From contig NC_043013.1 in assembly GCF_006345805.1 (NCBI RefSeq), positions 30,008,001 through 30,072,000 of the forward strand: a stretch of 64,000 nucleotides of DNA, written 5' to 3'. Each line of letters begins with the position of its first letter. Positions within the stretch are counted from its first letter, which is position 1. Below the pieces are notes generated by a model that was not told where the DNA came from, searched no databases, and saw only the letters and a program-made list of their open reading frames with translations. This document shows, piece by piece, positions 1 through 12,245 of the stretch. Both the position numbers and the translations under genes were made by a program. The DNA is from Octopus sinensis (lineage: Eukaryota).

Positions 1-298
1 CCTGTCGTATATATGTATATATATATGTATGTGTGTGTGTGTTTGTCTCCCTAGCATTGCTTGTATATATATATAAGTGTGTGTGTATATATTTGTGTGT
101 CTGTGTTTGTCCCCCTAGCATTGCTTGACAACCGATGCTGGTGTGTTTACGTCCCGTCACTTAGCGGTTCGGCAAAAGAGACCGATAGAATAAGTACTGG
201 GCTTACAAAGAATAAGTCCCGGGTTCGATTTGCTCGACTAAAGGCGGTGCTCCAGCATGGCCGCAGTCAAATGACTGAAACAAGTAAAAGAGTAAAAG

Positions 299-299
<1 letters not shown>
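1..299 (+). mobile_element. SINE family A, 3' part (head lies before the window)
   Basis: Body ...ccccctagcattgcttgacaaccgatgctggtg... and tail ggcggtgctccagcatggccgcagtcaaatgactgaaacaagtaaaag, the same as copies at 868 and 8162. Confidence 0.85.
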
Positions 300-341
<42 letters not shown>

Positions 342-421
342 CAGATATACATACATACATACATACATATATATATATGTATGTATATATATATATATAT
401 ATATGTATGTATATATATATA

Positions 422-472
<51 letters not shown>

Positions 473-812
473 TATGTTTGTGTATGTGTAGGATATCGAC
501 CTAAGATAAACAATGCCATTGACAGTGAGAAAGAGGGATAGAAAGATCGATAGACAGCGATGGGGGAAGGGAGGAAGACAGCAGAATATTAGAGATAATA
601 TAGCGAAATTCGATTCGGATATGTCTGTATATATATTTTTTCCCCTTTCATAATAAACTTCAAATGTCACGATCTTTCCTTAAATCGAAGTATACACGAA
701 AGCACTCTGGCAATTGTATTTAACTTGATCATGTATATATATATATATATTATATATATATATATATATTATATATATATATACATACATACATATATAT
801 GCATATATATGT

Positions 813-867
<55 letters not shown>

Positions 868-869
<2 letters not shown>

Positions 870-1301
870 CGCAGGAGTGCTACCCAACCACATGGTTCCG
901 GGTTCAGTCCCACTGCGTGGCATCTTGGGCAACTGTCTTCTGCTATAGCCCCGGGCCGACCAATGCCTTGTAAGTGGATTTGGTAGACGGAAACTGAAAG
1001 AAGCCTGTCGTATATATGTATATATATATGTATGTGTGTGTGTGTTTGTCTCCCTAGCATTGCTTGTATATATATATAAGTGTGTGTGTATATATTTGTG
1101 TGTCTGTGTTTGTCCCCCTAGCATTGCTTGACAACCGATGCTGGTGTGTTTACGTCCCGTCACTTAGCGGTTCGGCAAAAGAGACCGATAGAATAAGTAC
1201 TGGGCTTACAAAGAATAAGTCCCGGGTTCGATTTGCTCGACTAAAGGCGGTGCTCCAGCATGGCCGCAGTCAAATGACTGAAACAAGTAAAAGAGTAAAA
1301 G

Positions 1302-1302
<1 letters not shown>
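868..1302 (+). mobile_element. SINE family A, near full length, about 20-bp deletion in the tRNA-like head
   Basis: ggcgcaggagtg[deletion]ctacccaaccacatggttccgggttcagtccc (B-box-like GGTTCAGTCC); compare the intact head at 8162. Confidence 0.9.
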
Positions 1303-1339
<37 letters not shown>

Positions 1340-1426
1340 ATATATATATATATACATACATACATACATACATATATATATATGTATGTATATATATATA
1401 TATATATATGTATGTATATATATATA

Positions 1427-1458
<32 letters not shown>

Positions 1459-1784
1459 ATATATATATATATGTATATTATGTTTGTGTATGTGTAGGAT
1501 ATCGACCTAAGATAAACAATGCCATTGACAGTGAGAAAGAGGGATAGAAAGATCGATAGACAGCGATGGGGGAAGGGAGGAAGACAGCAGAATATTAGAG
1601 ATAATATAGCGAAATTCGATTCGGATATGTCTGTATATATATTTTTTCCCCTTTCATAATAAACTTCAAATGTCACGATCTTTCCTTAAATCGAAGTATA
1701 CACGAAAGCACTCTGGCAATTGTATTTAACTTGATCATGTATATAATATATAATATATATATATATATAATATATATATATATA

Positions 1785-1861
<77 letters not shown>

Positions 1862-1929
1862 ATATATATATATATAAATAGATGAGTGTATTTTTACCTT
1901 GTTAACAATTAACACGGAAAAATAAATAA

Positions 1930-2850
1930 ATAGTTACCAGGGAAGCAAAAATCTCACAAATTTCAAACACAAAAAATCTCTTGCAAATTATATCTTCTCA
2001 TAATAACAAACTGTTAAATATTAATACATTTACTAATACTAACATTAATTTAGCTAATACCATCCAACCCTCTAGAAATATTAATAACAAGGTTATTGTA
2101 TCTGAAGTCAATTCCAATAGAATTAAATTTATGTCAAGTAACAAGATTAAAAATTCTATATACCAGTGTATAATCAGTACTCGTAATAAAGTACGATTTT
2201 ACATTGGAAGCACATCGTTAGAGTTATCTAAAAGAATTTCTATCCATTACTCAACATTTAGGGATAGAAATAAACGGAATAGTTCCGGTCTCAGCAAACT
2301 GATTTGGGATTTAAAAGACCACAATGAACAATTTCATTTAGAATGGTTGATCCTCTCAATTTCGATACCATATGACAAAGGCAAGAAATTCTGTCTTCTC
2401 TGCAATTCTGAGCTATTTTTCAGTATTTTTTCTAAAAATACTCTAGTAAACACGGTTATAGAACGAGCATACATATGTAAGCATTGGCAGAAACATACAT
2501 TTAGTGCATATAAGTAGTCTCTATCATTATATATAATTTAAACTTTAATTTCCTTTATATTTAACATTCACTATTAATATCCCTACTCTTTCTGTTAGCT
2601 ACTTATGACGTTATATCTTATAACGTTTTTTAAACAATATTAATAGCGTTCTGTCTTTCGCTATACAAATCCATCATTTTTTGCTAAAATGTCGTATTGA
2701 CGAGTTTCGTTTTTTTCACTTTCCCGAAGAGAAGATTGCATTGTTTATACCATTTATTCTTTTGAATAGTATCAGTGGAATTTTCGAAACATGTGTCGAA
2801 AGTAAAAATACTTGTTTAAACCTGCGTTAACTCCATTTTTTATTCATATA
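1930..2850 (+). mobile_element. Penelope-like retroelement 3' fragment with GIY-YIG endonuclease ORF (1981-2517)
   Basis: IISSHNNKLL...IYQCIISTRNKVRFYIGST..LSKRISIHYSTFR..NSSGLSKLIWDLK..FHLEWLIL..PY..KKFCLLCNSE..CKH matches the PLE GIY-YIG pattern; no RT present; bounded by (TA)n. Confidence 0.85.
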
Positions 2851-3234
2851 TATATATATATTTATGAAACTTTAAACACATAAGAGATGGTCATAATAGG
2901 ACATCTCACTCACTAGAAAGAGTAGTTAAACTCCAAACCACTAATAGTTGTAATTCTGAAATGGAAAGAGAAATAAAAACGTTTACCCTATCTTTCCTGG
3001 ACTATGCATAGTTTCGGCAACTTTTCGTAAATGAAATAAAATTATTTTAATTTACAATTGGCGTTGCCATCTTCAGCAGGAAGCCAAGGCTAGCACATAG
3101 GCACGAGGCGATAAGGGCCATGCCTCGAGTCTATATGCTATAAATTTTCAAAATCCACCCCTCTCGCGCAGTTTTTCAGCAGTAAATATAACTGCCGATT
3201 TAATTTCACAATTAGCCCAAAAATCTTATCATTA

Positions 3235-3475
3235 ATTAATAAATTTTAGGGTAGCAAAAATATTCTAGAAAAATTCTCCGCTACCAGTGGTCTAGCGAGA
3301 AGGGAAAAATTTGGAGTTTAACTGCTCTTTCTAGTAAGTCAGATGTCCTATTATGGCCATCTCTTATGTGTGTAAATGTATATTATATAGTCGATTGACT
3401 ATTTTCCTTCTCGATAGACCACTGGTAGCGGAGAATTTTTCTAGACATTTTTTGGCTACCCTAAAATTTATTAAT
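3235..3475. mobile_element. MITE-like element, ~75-bp terminal inverted repeats
   Basis: attaataaattttagggtagc...ctaccagtggtctagcgagaagg (3235-3310) is inverted at 3401-3475. Confidence 0.75.
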
Positions 3476-3495
3476 ATACATATATATATAAATAC

Positions 3496-3572
<77 letters not shown>

Positions 3573-3921
3573 CTTCGAATGCAGAAAAACGCACACGCTC
3601 CTACGCACACTTACACAGACACACGAAGAGACTGAAAATCTTATATGAGAATTAATATAAACTGTTGAAAAGTAATACAATAACGAAAATGAGAAAACAA
3701 AAACTGATTCAGTCAAAGATTACTTAAACGAAAAATAGATGATTCCTCCTCTCCTGCGCTCCCTCTTTCTATCTCTCATTCTTTCTCTCTCCCTATGTAT
3801 ATATATATATATATTATATATATATATATATATATACATATATATACATATGTATACTCTCTGTATATATGAACACTGTATTATATACCTAAAATAATCC
3901 ATGAAATAATATTTATATATA

Positions 3922-4052
3922 CTTTCTTCTTCTTCTTCTTCTTCTTCTTCTTCTTCTTTCTTCTTCTTCTTCTTCTTCTTCTTCTCCTTCTTTGCGCCAT
4001 CATCGTTGTCGTCATCGTGATCATGGTCGTCGTCGTCATTATCATCATCATT
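3922..4052. repeat. (TTC)n and (TCA/TCG)n microsatellite
   Basis: Direct inspection; explains the poly-D/K/E in ORF 3720..4142. Confidence 0.9.
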
Positions 4053-5222
4053 GAAGATTACTTTGGAGAATTCTGCCATGTCCATAGTGTTTTGACACGA
4101 TTGTGAGATTACCTGTGTTGACGAAGGCTTCTGATTTTTCAATTCCCATTTTCACTGTGGCTTTTCCGTTCGAGTATTAACTCTTTTCTTGCCAAGAAAA
4201 ATGTAAGTTAAAAACGACATTAAAGTTGGAACGGCTGATTCATTACAAACTCCGAAAACACTATATTCTTGCAGTAAATGTAATTCTTGAATCAAATACT
4301 AAATACACACAAGTATCACAACTCCAGCTAATCTCTGTAGAAATGAAATTGTCATGTATATAAACTGGATATAGATTAAATAGCAACAGCAACCGGAAAT
4401 GGAACTTATGAGTCTATGATTCGGGAAGGACTTTGATCCATTTTCTTTTCTTGTTTTCTCTTTTCCTGATAAATGAAATATTGAAATATACTTATATTTG
4501 AATATTATTTTATCTTACAAGCTGTTTACCATATGGACGACCAGACTGAAAGACTGCGAGTCAGTTAATCTATCAAGTTGTTAATATGTAAGAAAGAAGA
4601 CATTTTTCATCACACATCTATGTTTTGAAGGGGTCTCTCTATAGCACATCTGTTTTCGTTTGAATTACTTTTTCAAAAAAGAAATAACCATTTAGATTAT
4701 TCCAAATATGCTTGGGGCATAACGGACCATTTATAAGGGCTATATTTATGGCTTATTTGCTGTGGAAAGCTTTTCTCCCCTTAGGCAATTAATTTTGATA
4801 CACACTAGCTGTCATTTCAAGGCGCCTTGTCTCGACAGAACGGTAAATGCATTTCACACTCAATGAGGACCATCAATACCGTCAACTGGAAGAATGACAA
4901 ACTCGGAAGTGATTTCAGAAACATTTGTCTCGTTGTAAGAAACCTGCACCAAAACATGAGCTACTCACGTTTGATGTTGGTCCTGGTTGTATAAGACATT
5001 ATTGTGTGCGCTTGAAAGCATTGTTGCGAATAAAAGAAATATTTGGATGAGTTCAAAATGTGTCAAAAGAAGTAATAGCAGACCTGCAGTTCCAATGATC
5101 CATAATAAGTAATTACTTATATAATGTTGATGATAATCTAAAATACGACGTCGACAACAACTATACGTGTGTATGAGTGCTTGTATGTATGATTGTACGT
5201 ACGTATGTATATCTGTATGTAG

Positions 5223-5294
<72 letters not shown>

Positions 5295-6236
5295 TACACA
5301 CACACACATATATATAATTGAACGTAAGAATGTATATATATGTATGTATATGTGGGTACGTTTGTAATTGAAACCGGGTATCACTGAAGCGTTTCTTCGA
5401 TTTTTAATGTCACGTTCTTTATGTTGAGAAATATAAAAGAAACCTCGGAGACAAAATAGTGAAGTCTCAACTTGGAGCATACGAATAAACTGACCAACCA
5501 ATATTTAGTACATTTCTATTTCATTTCTTCGTCGATATGCAAACGCACACATCTACGTGTATATATGCATGTATGCTGCTCTTCTCTTCCTTTAAGTCTC
5601 CCTCTCCTTCATCCTTTGTCTCCTTCCTCCTCTTCCTGTCTGCCTGTCTCCGTCTGTCTGTCTGTCTCTCTCTCTCTCACTATATACATATATGTGTGTG
5701 TGTGTGTGTGCGTGTGTGTGTGTGTGTATGTATTTATAACAAGGCAGGAAACTCAAAAGAGGGAAGCAGTGTGGAACTCCCACAAAGCAAAATATATTTA
5801 TCATAGCTTTAATGAGAGAAGAAAGCGTGAAGTATTTCCTGATTTTGAAGATATGCAACAAAAATTTGTACCAAAATAGTTGTTATGTAATATATCATGA
5901 ACAAAAAAAATAAGGCAAAAAATTCGATTTAAGTATAATTAACTTTTTTTTATTTTAAAAACAAACTATGTCTTAATTAAGCTTAAATGACAGAGCTCAA
6001 TTCGAGGAATTTCATGATATCAATCACATGTAATGAAGTTTTAAAAGAAAGAAATTGAGTGTTTCTCAAATATGAGGGTGATAACATAGTTCTATACTTT
6101 TTTATGAATATAGTTCAAGGGGACATTTGATATATGTCACCGGCATCATTTAAGTAAGGAAGAAATTACGAGCGAGACCTCTAATTGACACATTTGATAC
6201 GTTATTAATTAGCATAATAGCATAGCCTGGAAAAAA

Positions 6237-6680
6237 AACATGGATTACATGGGAAAATGCGAGCAAGAGAAATAATATTCTTAAGATTATACATCTGGAA
6301 AAGCACAGGACAAGTTTTTACACTTGGAAATGTTCAGGACAAGTTATTACATATGTTAACGTATAGAATAAGAAAATACTGCAATTAAGGATAAAATATT
6401 TTAATTGAGTTATTTTTTAGTTTTTAATAGAAGTAATAAGTAATAACTTGTAATAAGATTTTTAGTTTTAATAAAAGCTAATATATTCTAAATCTAAATA
6501 TTTTATTTGAAATTTTATCCTTTGCTGCAATATTTTAAGTAAAAATTTTCTTTTTCTTTAATTTACCAGATGTGATATATATGTTGTCCTGAACTTTTCC
6601 AGGTGTAATACTTTTCCAGATTTATAATCTTCATATTATTTTTCTTGTTCGCATTTTCCCAAATAATTAGATATGTTTAA
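6237..6680. mobile_element. Fold-back MITE-like element (~445 bp)
   Basis: 6237-6345 (gggaaaatgcgagcaag...ctggaaaag...gttcaggacaa) is the reverse complement of 6584-6680; a second inner pair at about 6370-6400 and 6510-6540. Confidence 0.75.
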
Positions 6681-6713
6681 TTTTGAGGAAACTTAATTTC
6701 AGTAAAGCGTATT

Positions 6714-6860
<147 letters not shown>

Positions 6861-7760
6861 ATAACATATATGTGTGTATGTGTATGTATATTTATATATA
6901 TGTATTAAAGAAAGCAAAAAAAATAAAACAAAAATGATAATGTTCAGTTTGTTGGCGACAGGAATTTCTGTCAAAATGACAGGGTTAACAAAGTTGTACA
7001 TGATCCCCCTTTTTCGCTCACATACCCACTCTTTCTCTCAATGTTATTATTGCTCCCACTGCCACAACCAACACTACTGCTTTTAATAAAGCATCATCAA
7101 CTCTCCCTAAATTTCTTTGTCTCTCTTTCTCTGCCTCTCTTTTTCTTTCTCTCTCCCTCTCTGTTTTCGCCACCGCCCTCACCGCCTCTATGCCGACTAG
7201 TACTCTCACTCCATATTGAGGAATAGTAGGAGTGTCATTGAATAGTGAGAGAGGGGGATCTAAGTGTGACACACAGACACACAGAAATTAGTTTTCGCAT
7301 TATTATATTATATGTATATTTATATACTGTCCTGGAAGGGACCGTACATAAATCACAATAAACAAATCATCTGTTCATGGTCACAATAAACAAATCATCT
7401 GTATGGTTGTTTGACAAGAAATTGCCAAACCCTCATACGTCGTCTGACGATGAGAGAGTCTATGATACAATTAGAAAATTCTGGGGAAGAACCAAAGAGA
7501 ATTTCACTCATAGTAGAATAGCAGGATATTTCCAGTACAGCTCCCAACCCGACCTTTAGGCTCTCTACATTATCGGATTCCTCACGAATATTGAAATTCT
7601 AGTAGTGTCACTCTGATGCTTAAAATCACAAATACTGCATTAGTTTTCACTTAGAAATTTTGCTTGAACTGGCATTGGAAACAGAATTGGTACATAAACA
7701 ATTCTAACAGATCATTACTTAGAATACATATATATGTGTCTGTATGTGTGTCTGAGTAAA

Positions 7761-8115
7761 GGCGCATTGGCTTAGTGAGTAGGGTGTTGAAGTCAAAATT
7801 GCGAGATTGTGGCTTCGATTCTCAGATCGGGCGTTGCGCTGTGTTCTTGAGCAAAGCACTTCATTTCACCTTGATCTGCGCTCATTTATTCCTCTCACAT
7901 GTGGCACCCAGTTCACCTGTACAGCTAATGTCGATTTGATGGAGGGAGTGAGCCTATCTTTACTCAGACATTTGATCACAATAATCAAATCATCGGTATG
8001 GTTGTTCAGCAAGAAATTGCCAAATCCTCATACGTCGTCTAACGATGTGGGAGTCTATTATACGATTAGAAAATTCTGGGGGAAGAGCCATAGTGAATTT
8101 CACTACTAGTAGAAC
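7761..8115 (+). mobile_element. Degenerate tRNA-headed SINE
   Basis: Head ggcgcattggcttagtgagtagggtgtt...ttcgattc; its 3' ~140 bp recurs at 7378-7520. Confidence 0.6.
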
Positions 8116-8161
8116 ATGTCTTAATCATGCCCTTACCCGAGAAGATTGATGTGTACAGAAA

Positions 8162-8531
8162 CAGGAGTGGCTGTGTGGTAAGTAGCTTGCTAACCAACCA
8201 CATAGTTCCGGGTTCAGTCCCACTGCGTGGCATCTTGGGCAAGTGTCTTCTGCTATAGCTCCGGGCCGACCAATGCCTTGTGAGTGGATTTGGTAGACGG
8301 AAACTGAAAGAAGCCTGTCGTATATATGTATATATATATATATGTGTGTGTTTTCCCCCTAGCATTGCTTGACAACCGATGCTGGTGTTTACGTCCCCGT
8401 CACTTAGCGGTTTGGCAAAAGAGACCGATAGAATAAGTACTGGGCTTACAAAGAATAAGTCCCGGGTCGATTTGATCGACTAAAGGCGGTGCTCTAGCAT
8501 GGCCGCAGTCAAATGACTGAAACAAGTAAAA
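8162..8531 (+). mobile_element. SINE family A, near full length
   Basis: caggagtggctgtgtggtaag...ggttcagtccc head through the ggcggtgctctagcatggccgcagtcaaatgactgaaac tail. Confidence 0.9.
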
Positions 8532-10402
8532 CAGTGTACAACAGAATATATTTAAGTACCGCTCTAAGTTTTGCTTGTTGCTGTACCACATTTACTAGCC
8601 ATTGTTCAATATACACACTATGTTAATTTTTCTTTCTTCATGGAAAAATATTAAAAAAAGTATTTCGTTAAAATGATGACATTGGCTTATCATAGCATTA
8701 ACAGAAACTAAGGAATGAAAGTTAATGCTTTTCTAACCAACGGCACATAAAGCAGAATTTTAAATTAAATATTAAATATTAAATATATTTTATAGTGTCT
8801 GACAGAACATCAAATGCTTTAGAATGCTCGGCGACTAAAAGTTAACGAATAAAAAAAAATATGCGATTAAATGCAAATTAAGAACTTTGAAGGCCTCCGT
8901 GATAGGAGAGACAAGAAATAGGATTTTAACTGACCGCAAAACGATAATAATGTAGAACGCTCGCGGATGTTATCTCGGCCTGTAATATTATCGTCAGATA
9001 ATAGAAATTACATGACTATGAATAAAATAGAAACAAAAGACATATCTTGCAATGATTCAGACATTTATTTCTGTAAATATAAACAATGACCAGGACTAAG
9101 TTCATTCAAACATTTGCCAGATAACAGAATATTTCGCATACGTAATGGCTATAAATATTAGTAGATTAAAGGATAATGAAAAGAGTGTATATTACAGAAC
9201 TTTCTTATATGAGAGAAAATACATTTTTAATGAAAACCAAGAAGTGAAAAATCAGTATAGAAATATCATGCAACACAAGAAAAGAATGTTTGTCTATATG
9301 CAGTATGGTGTAAGATATATGCATTAGAAAATACAGTCATAAGTACTTTCATTTGTTTTTGTGGAAAAAATGTTGCAAGTCCTTTAAATGAGTTAAAATT
9401 TTATTGATACTACCACATCGTAGATGAATGCCAGAATAATAAAATACAGTTCTAAGCCTGACTATAATGGGAATTTAGTGTAATGGTTGTTTACAAGAAT
9501 AATACTTTGGCATGAAGCCATTTTCCTTCTTCAACGAAAGGGGTTCATAATTACGGTGAAATCTTCGGAGCGTCATATCATCAGAGGCTTCGATTGGTAC
9601 AAAAGTGTTTATTTGGTTCAACTTGTACAAGGCATTACTTCTGCAGCAACACTTATGCGACGGCTAAAGTATCATGTGATCGTGTCACTAGCTGACGTAT
9701 CAGTACGCTTATTACTTTCCGTTACATCCGGCTGTTGCCATATAAATGAGCTTATAGACTATAATTTACGGAGTAAGCTAGCCATATGACAGCAGCAAGA
9801 AATAACCATCATCCGACTACAAGAGTTTGAAGGCTAAAGCTCAGTCGCTGTGAACATTAGACAGAATTGGTGTCAAACTATTTCATAAAATGCTGGAAAA
9901 TATAATTTATTTTAATTAAAATTCCACCTGTTGTCTCTTCTGCATTTTTGCATCAAAATTGGTCATTAAAAGGTGAATCGTTTCTCCTGGTGGTGGTTGT
10001 AAATCAATTTATTATAATTTTTTGTCAAGTAGTATAATAAATAGGTCATGATATATCACCCTTTTTACGAAGAGTGTAAAGAAAATAATTCCAGCATCTG
10101 CAGCAAGATTGGAAATCTAAAAGAGAGAGAAAGAAAGACAAGGAAAACAAGTTACACATTGCAAAAAACTAAAAATTAATTATTGATGACTGTTAACTCT
10201 AAGGACGGCAGATGATTTCTCAAAGATGGCAATATAACTTGAATTAGTAAAGAAAATGCAGTTAAAAGGAAGCACAGGCACACACACACACACACCCACA
10301 CACATGTATACAAAAATAAAACTCACTTTTTTGTTTGTCAGTCAGTCTCTCTCATATTTTCCTCTCCCGGTTTCTCTCTGACTCTCACTTCACACACACA
10401 CA

Positions 10403-10454
<52 letters not shown>

Positions 10455-12179
10455 CACATCCACACACACACAAGATCACGCACACATATGCAGAAATAAA
10501 AACTCACATTTTTGTTTGTCAGTCTCCCTCACATTTTCCTCTCACAGTTTCTCTCTCACTCTCACTCCACACATACACACACACACACGCACGCACGCAT
10601 GCACGCAGGCACACACGCACGCATGCACGCAGGCACACACGCACATACACTCACACACACGTGTTAAACAAGAACTTATGTCTGTACGAATATTAATGTC
10701 AAAACAGAAGCATTCAAAAATAATCTAGAACAATTTAAAATGTGTGCGGTGTTGTATCTAAATACACCGGAAATTAAACATATTTTTTGACATAAAATTG
10801 ATGAACAAGTATTTGTGCATGACCCCAAATATGGGACCTCAAATTTCATGTGTTGCATGTCAATATATTAAGAGAGGAAGACAATTCTTAGGACTTTGTA
10901 AATGGTTGTATACGTTCTTGATGTTCTTGATAAACGAACAAAAAGTAACAAGAAAAGTGGGACGAACAAAAATAAGTGCCATCCATCCATACAAATTTAA
11001 GGGGGGAAAATAAACAAAACACATCAGAATAAGAGCACAATAATGTTATTAATATAACAATGCCAGGAAGAAACAAAATAGAACTGTTCAGGCAGTTGTC
11101 ATTCGTCAGGAAAGAAAAATCAAAGAGTAAACCTCTGCGGAAGCAACGCATAACAATGATGCCACATAATAAATGGTTAAAATGAAGGGACGAATGTCAA
11201 TAGAACGAATCAGGATAGTTCAGCCAGGAAATTGTTTTTCTGCCAAAGGAGATAATGTGTCAGTATTCAGTATGAACGTGTGCGTGTGTTTCTGTGAGTA
11301 TGTTTCTGTGAGTGTGTGTATCTTTGTCTGTGTGTGTGTCTGTGTGCGCATCTGTGTTTGTAAATATGTGTATCTGTTCTCGAGTCAACAGAGATAAAGT
11401 GCGCGTGTATGCTCTGTATGAATGTGTACATACGTGCGCTGGTAAAAAGTGTGATAAAAGTTTAGAACAATGTTTGTAGGCATGTTGTGTGAGAATGTTC
11501 AGGTGAGCAGAATGTTGTACAGAACGTGTGATTAAGTTCTGATGGTGTGTGATAAAATATGTAATGTATATAGATGTGTGTGTAGAAAATTAGGTTGGGT
11601 GTAAATGTAAACGAAGACGATTACCAGCGTGTAGGGTTGTTAGAGTCCTCAGTAGTAGTAAGAAATATTTATACGACTTAGGCGAGCTACATGTGAGGAG
11701 ATAATTAGGGATTCTTCCCGGCACAAAGAGAAAACCGTTAAACGAATTTGCTAAACGACAGGGCAGGCAGTGAGGTATAAGTAGGTATGACGAGAAGCAT
11801 TGAAATAAAGACCTACAAGTCGAAGAGATCTAAATTTGTTTGTTGGAAAGATCTCTATAAAACGGTCTTTCAAACTGCCGCTGGTATATTTAAATTACAA
11901 GAAGCCACGAAGTCTACATTTCCTGTAATAATGTTCCTATTGGTGTCGATGTAACGATGAATGACCGGCAAGGAATGGCTAAGACCAGACTAGGTAATGA
12001 TACTTTGGATAATAGAACAAGTGTTGCAGCGATGGGACCGAGTGAGAGCAGAGGTTCGATGTTCAGATAGAAAAGGAATAAAAAAATATGAGCAAGGACG
12101 AGGGTACATTATTTACATTATTTACATTTGATGGATATTTGTCCTCATCTTATTATATATATATGTGTGTATATTATAT

Positions 12180-12210
<31 letters not shown>

Positions 12211-12214
12211 GTAC

Positions 12215-12245
<31 letters not shown>

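Larger units (their letters stand above)
1..1870. repeat. Tandem duplication, unit about 1003 bp (SINE + (TA)n + ~260-bp unique spacer + (TA)n)
   Basis: 1-745 recurs at 1004-1745, essentially identical apart from microsatellite lengths; ORFs 61..504 and 1064..1459 give the same peptide. Confidence 0.95.

Noticed and set aside
61-1915. ORFs rich in YI/IY, CV/VC and HT/TH here and across the window
   Set aside because: They are translations of (TA)n, (TG)n and (CA)n microsatellites and SINE bodies, not genes
2760-2812. Possible hammerhead at the end of the first PLE (cgaaacatgtgtc)
   Set aside because: GAAAC...GUC is present but the CUGANGA half and helix II are too degenerate to call
3720-4142. 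Acidic/basic 140-aa ORF
   Set aside because: The poly-D/K/E comes from (TCA)n and (TTC)n repeats
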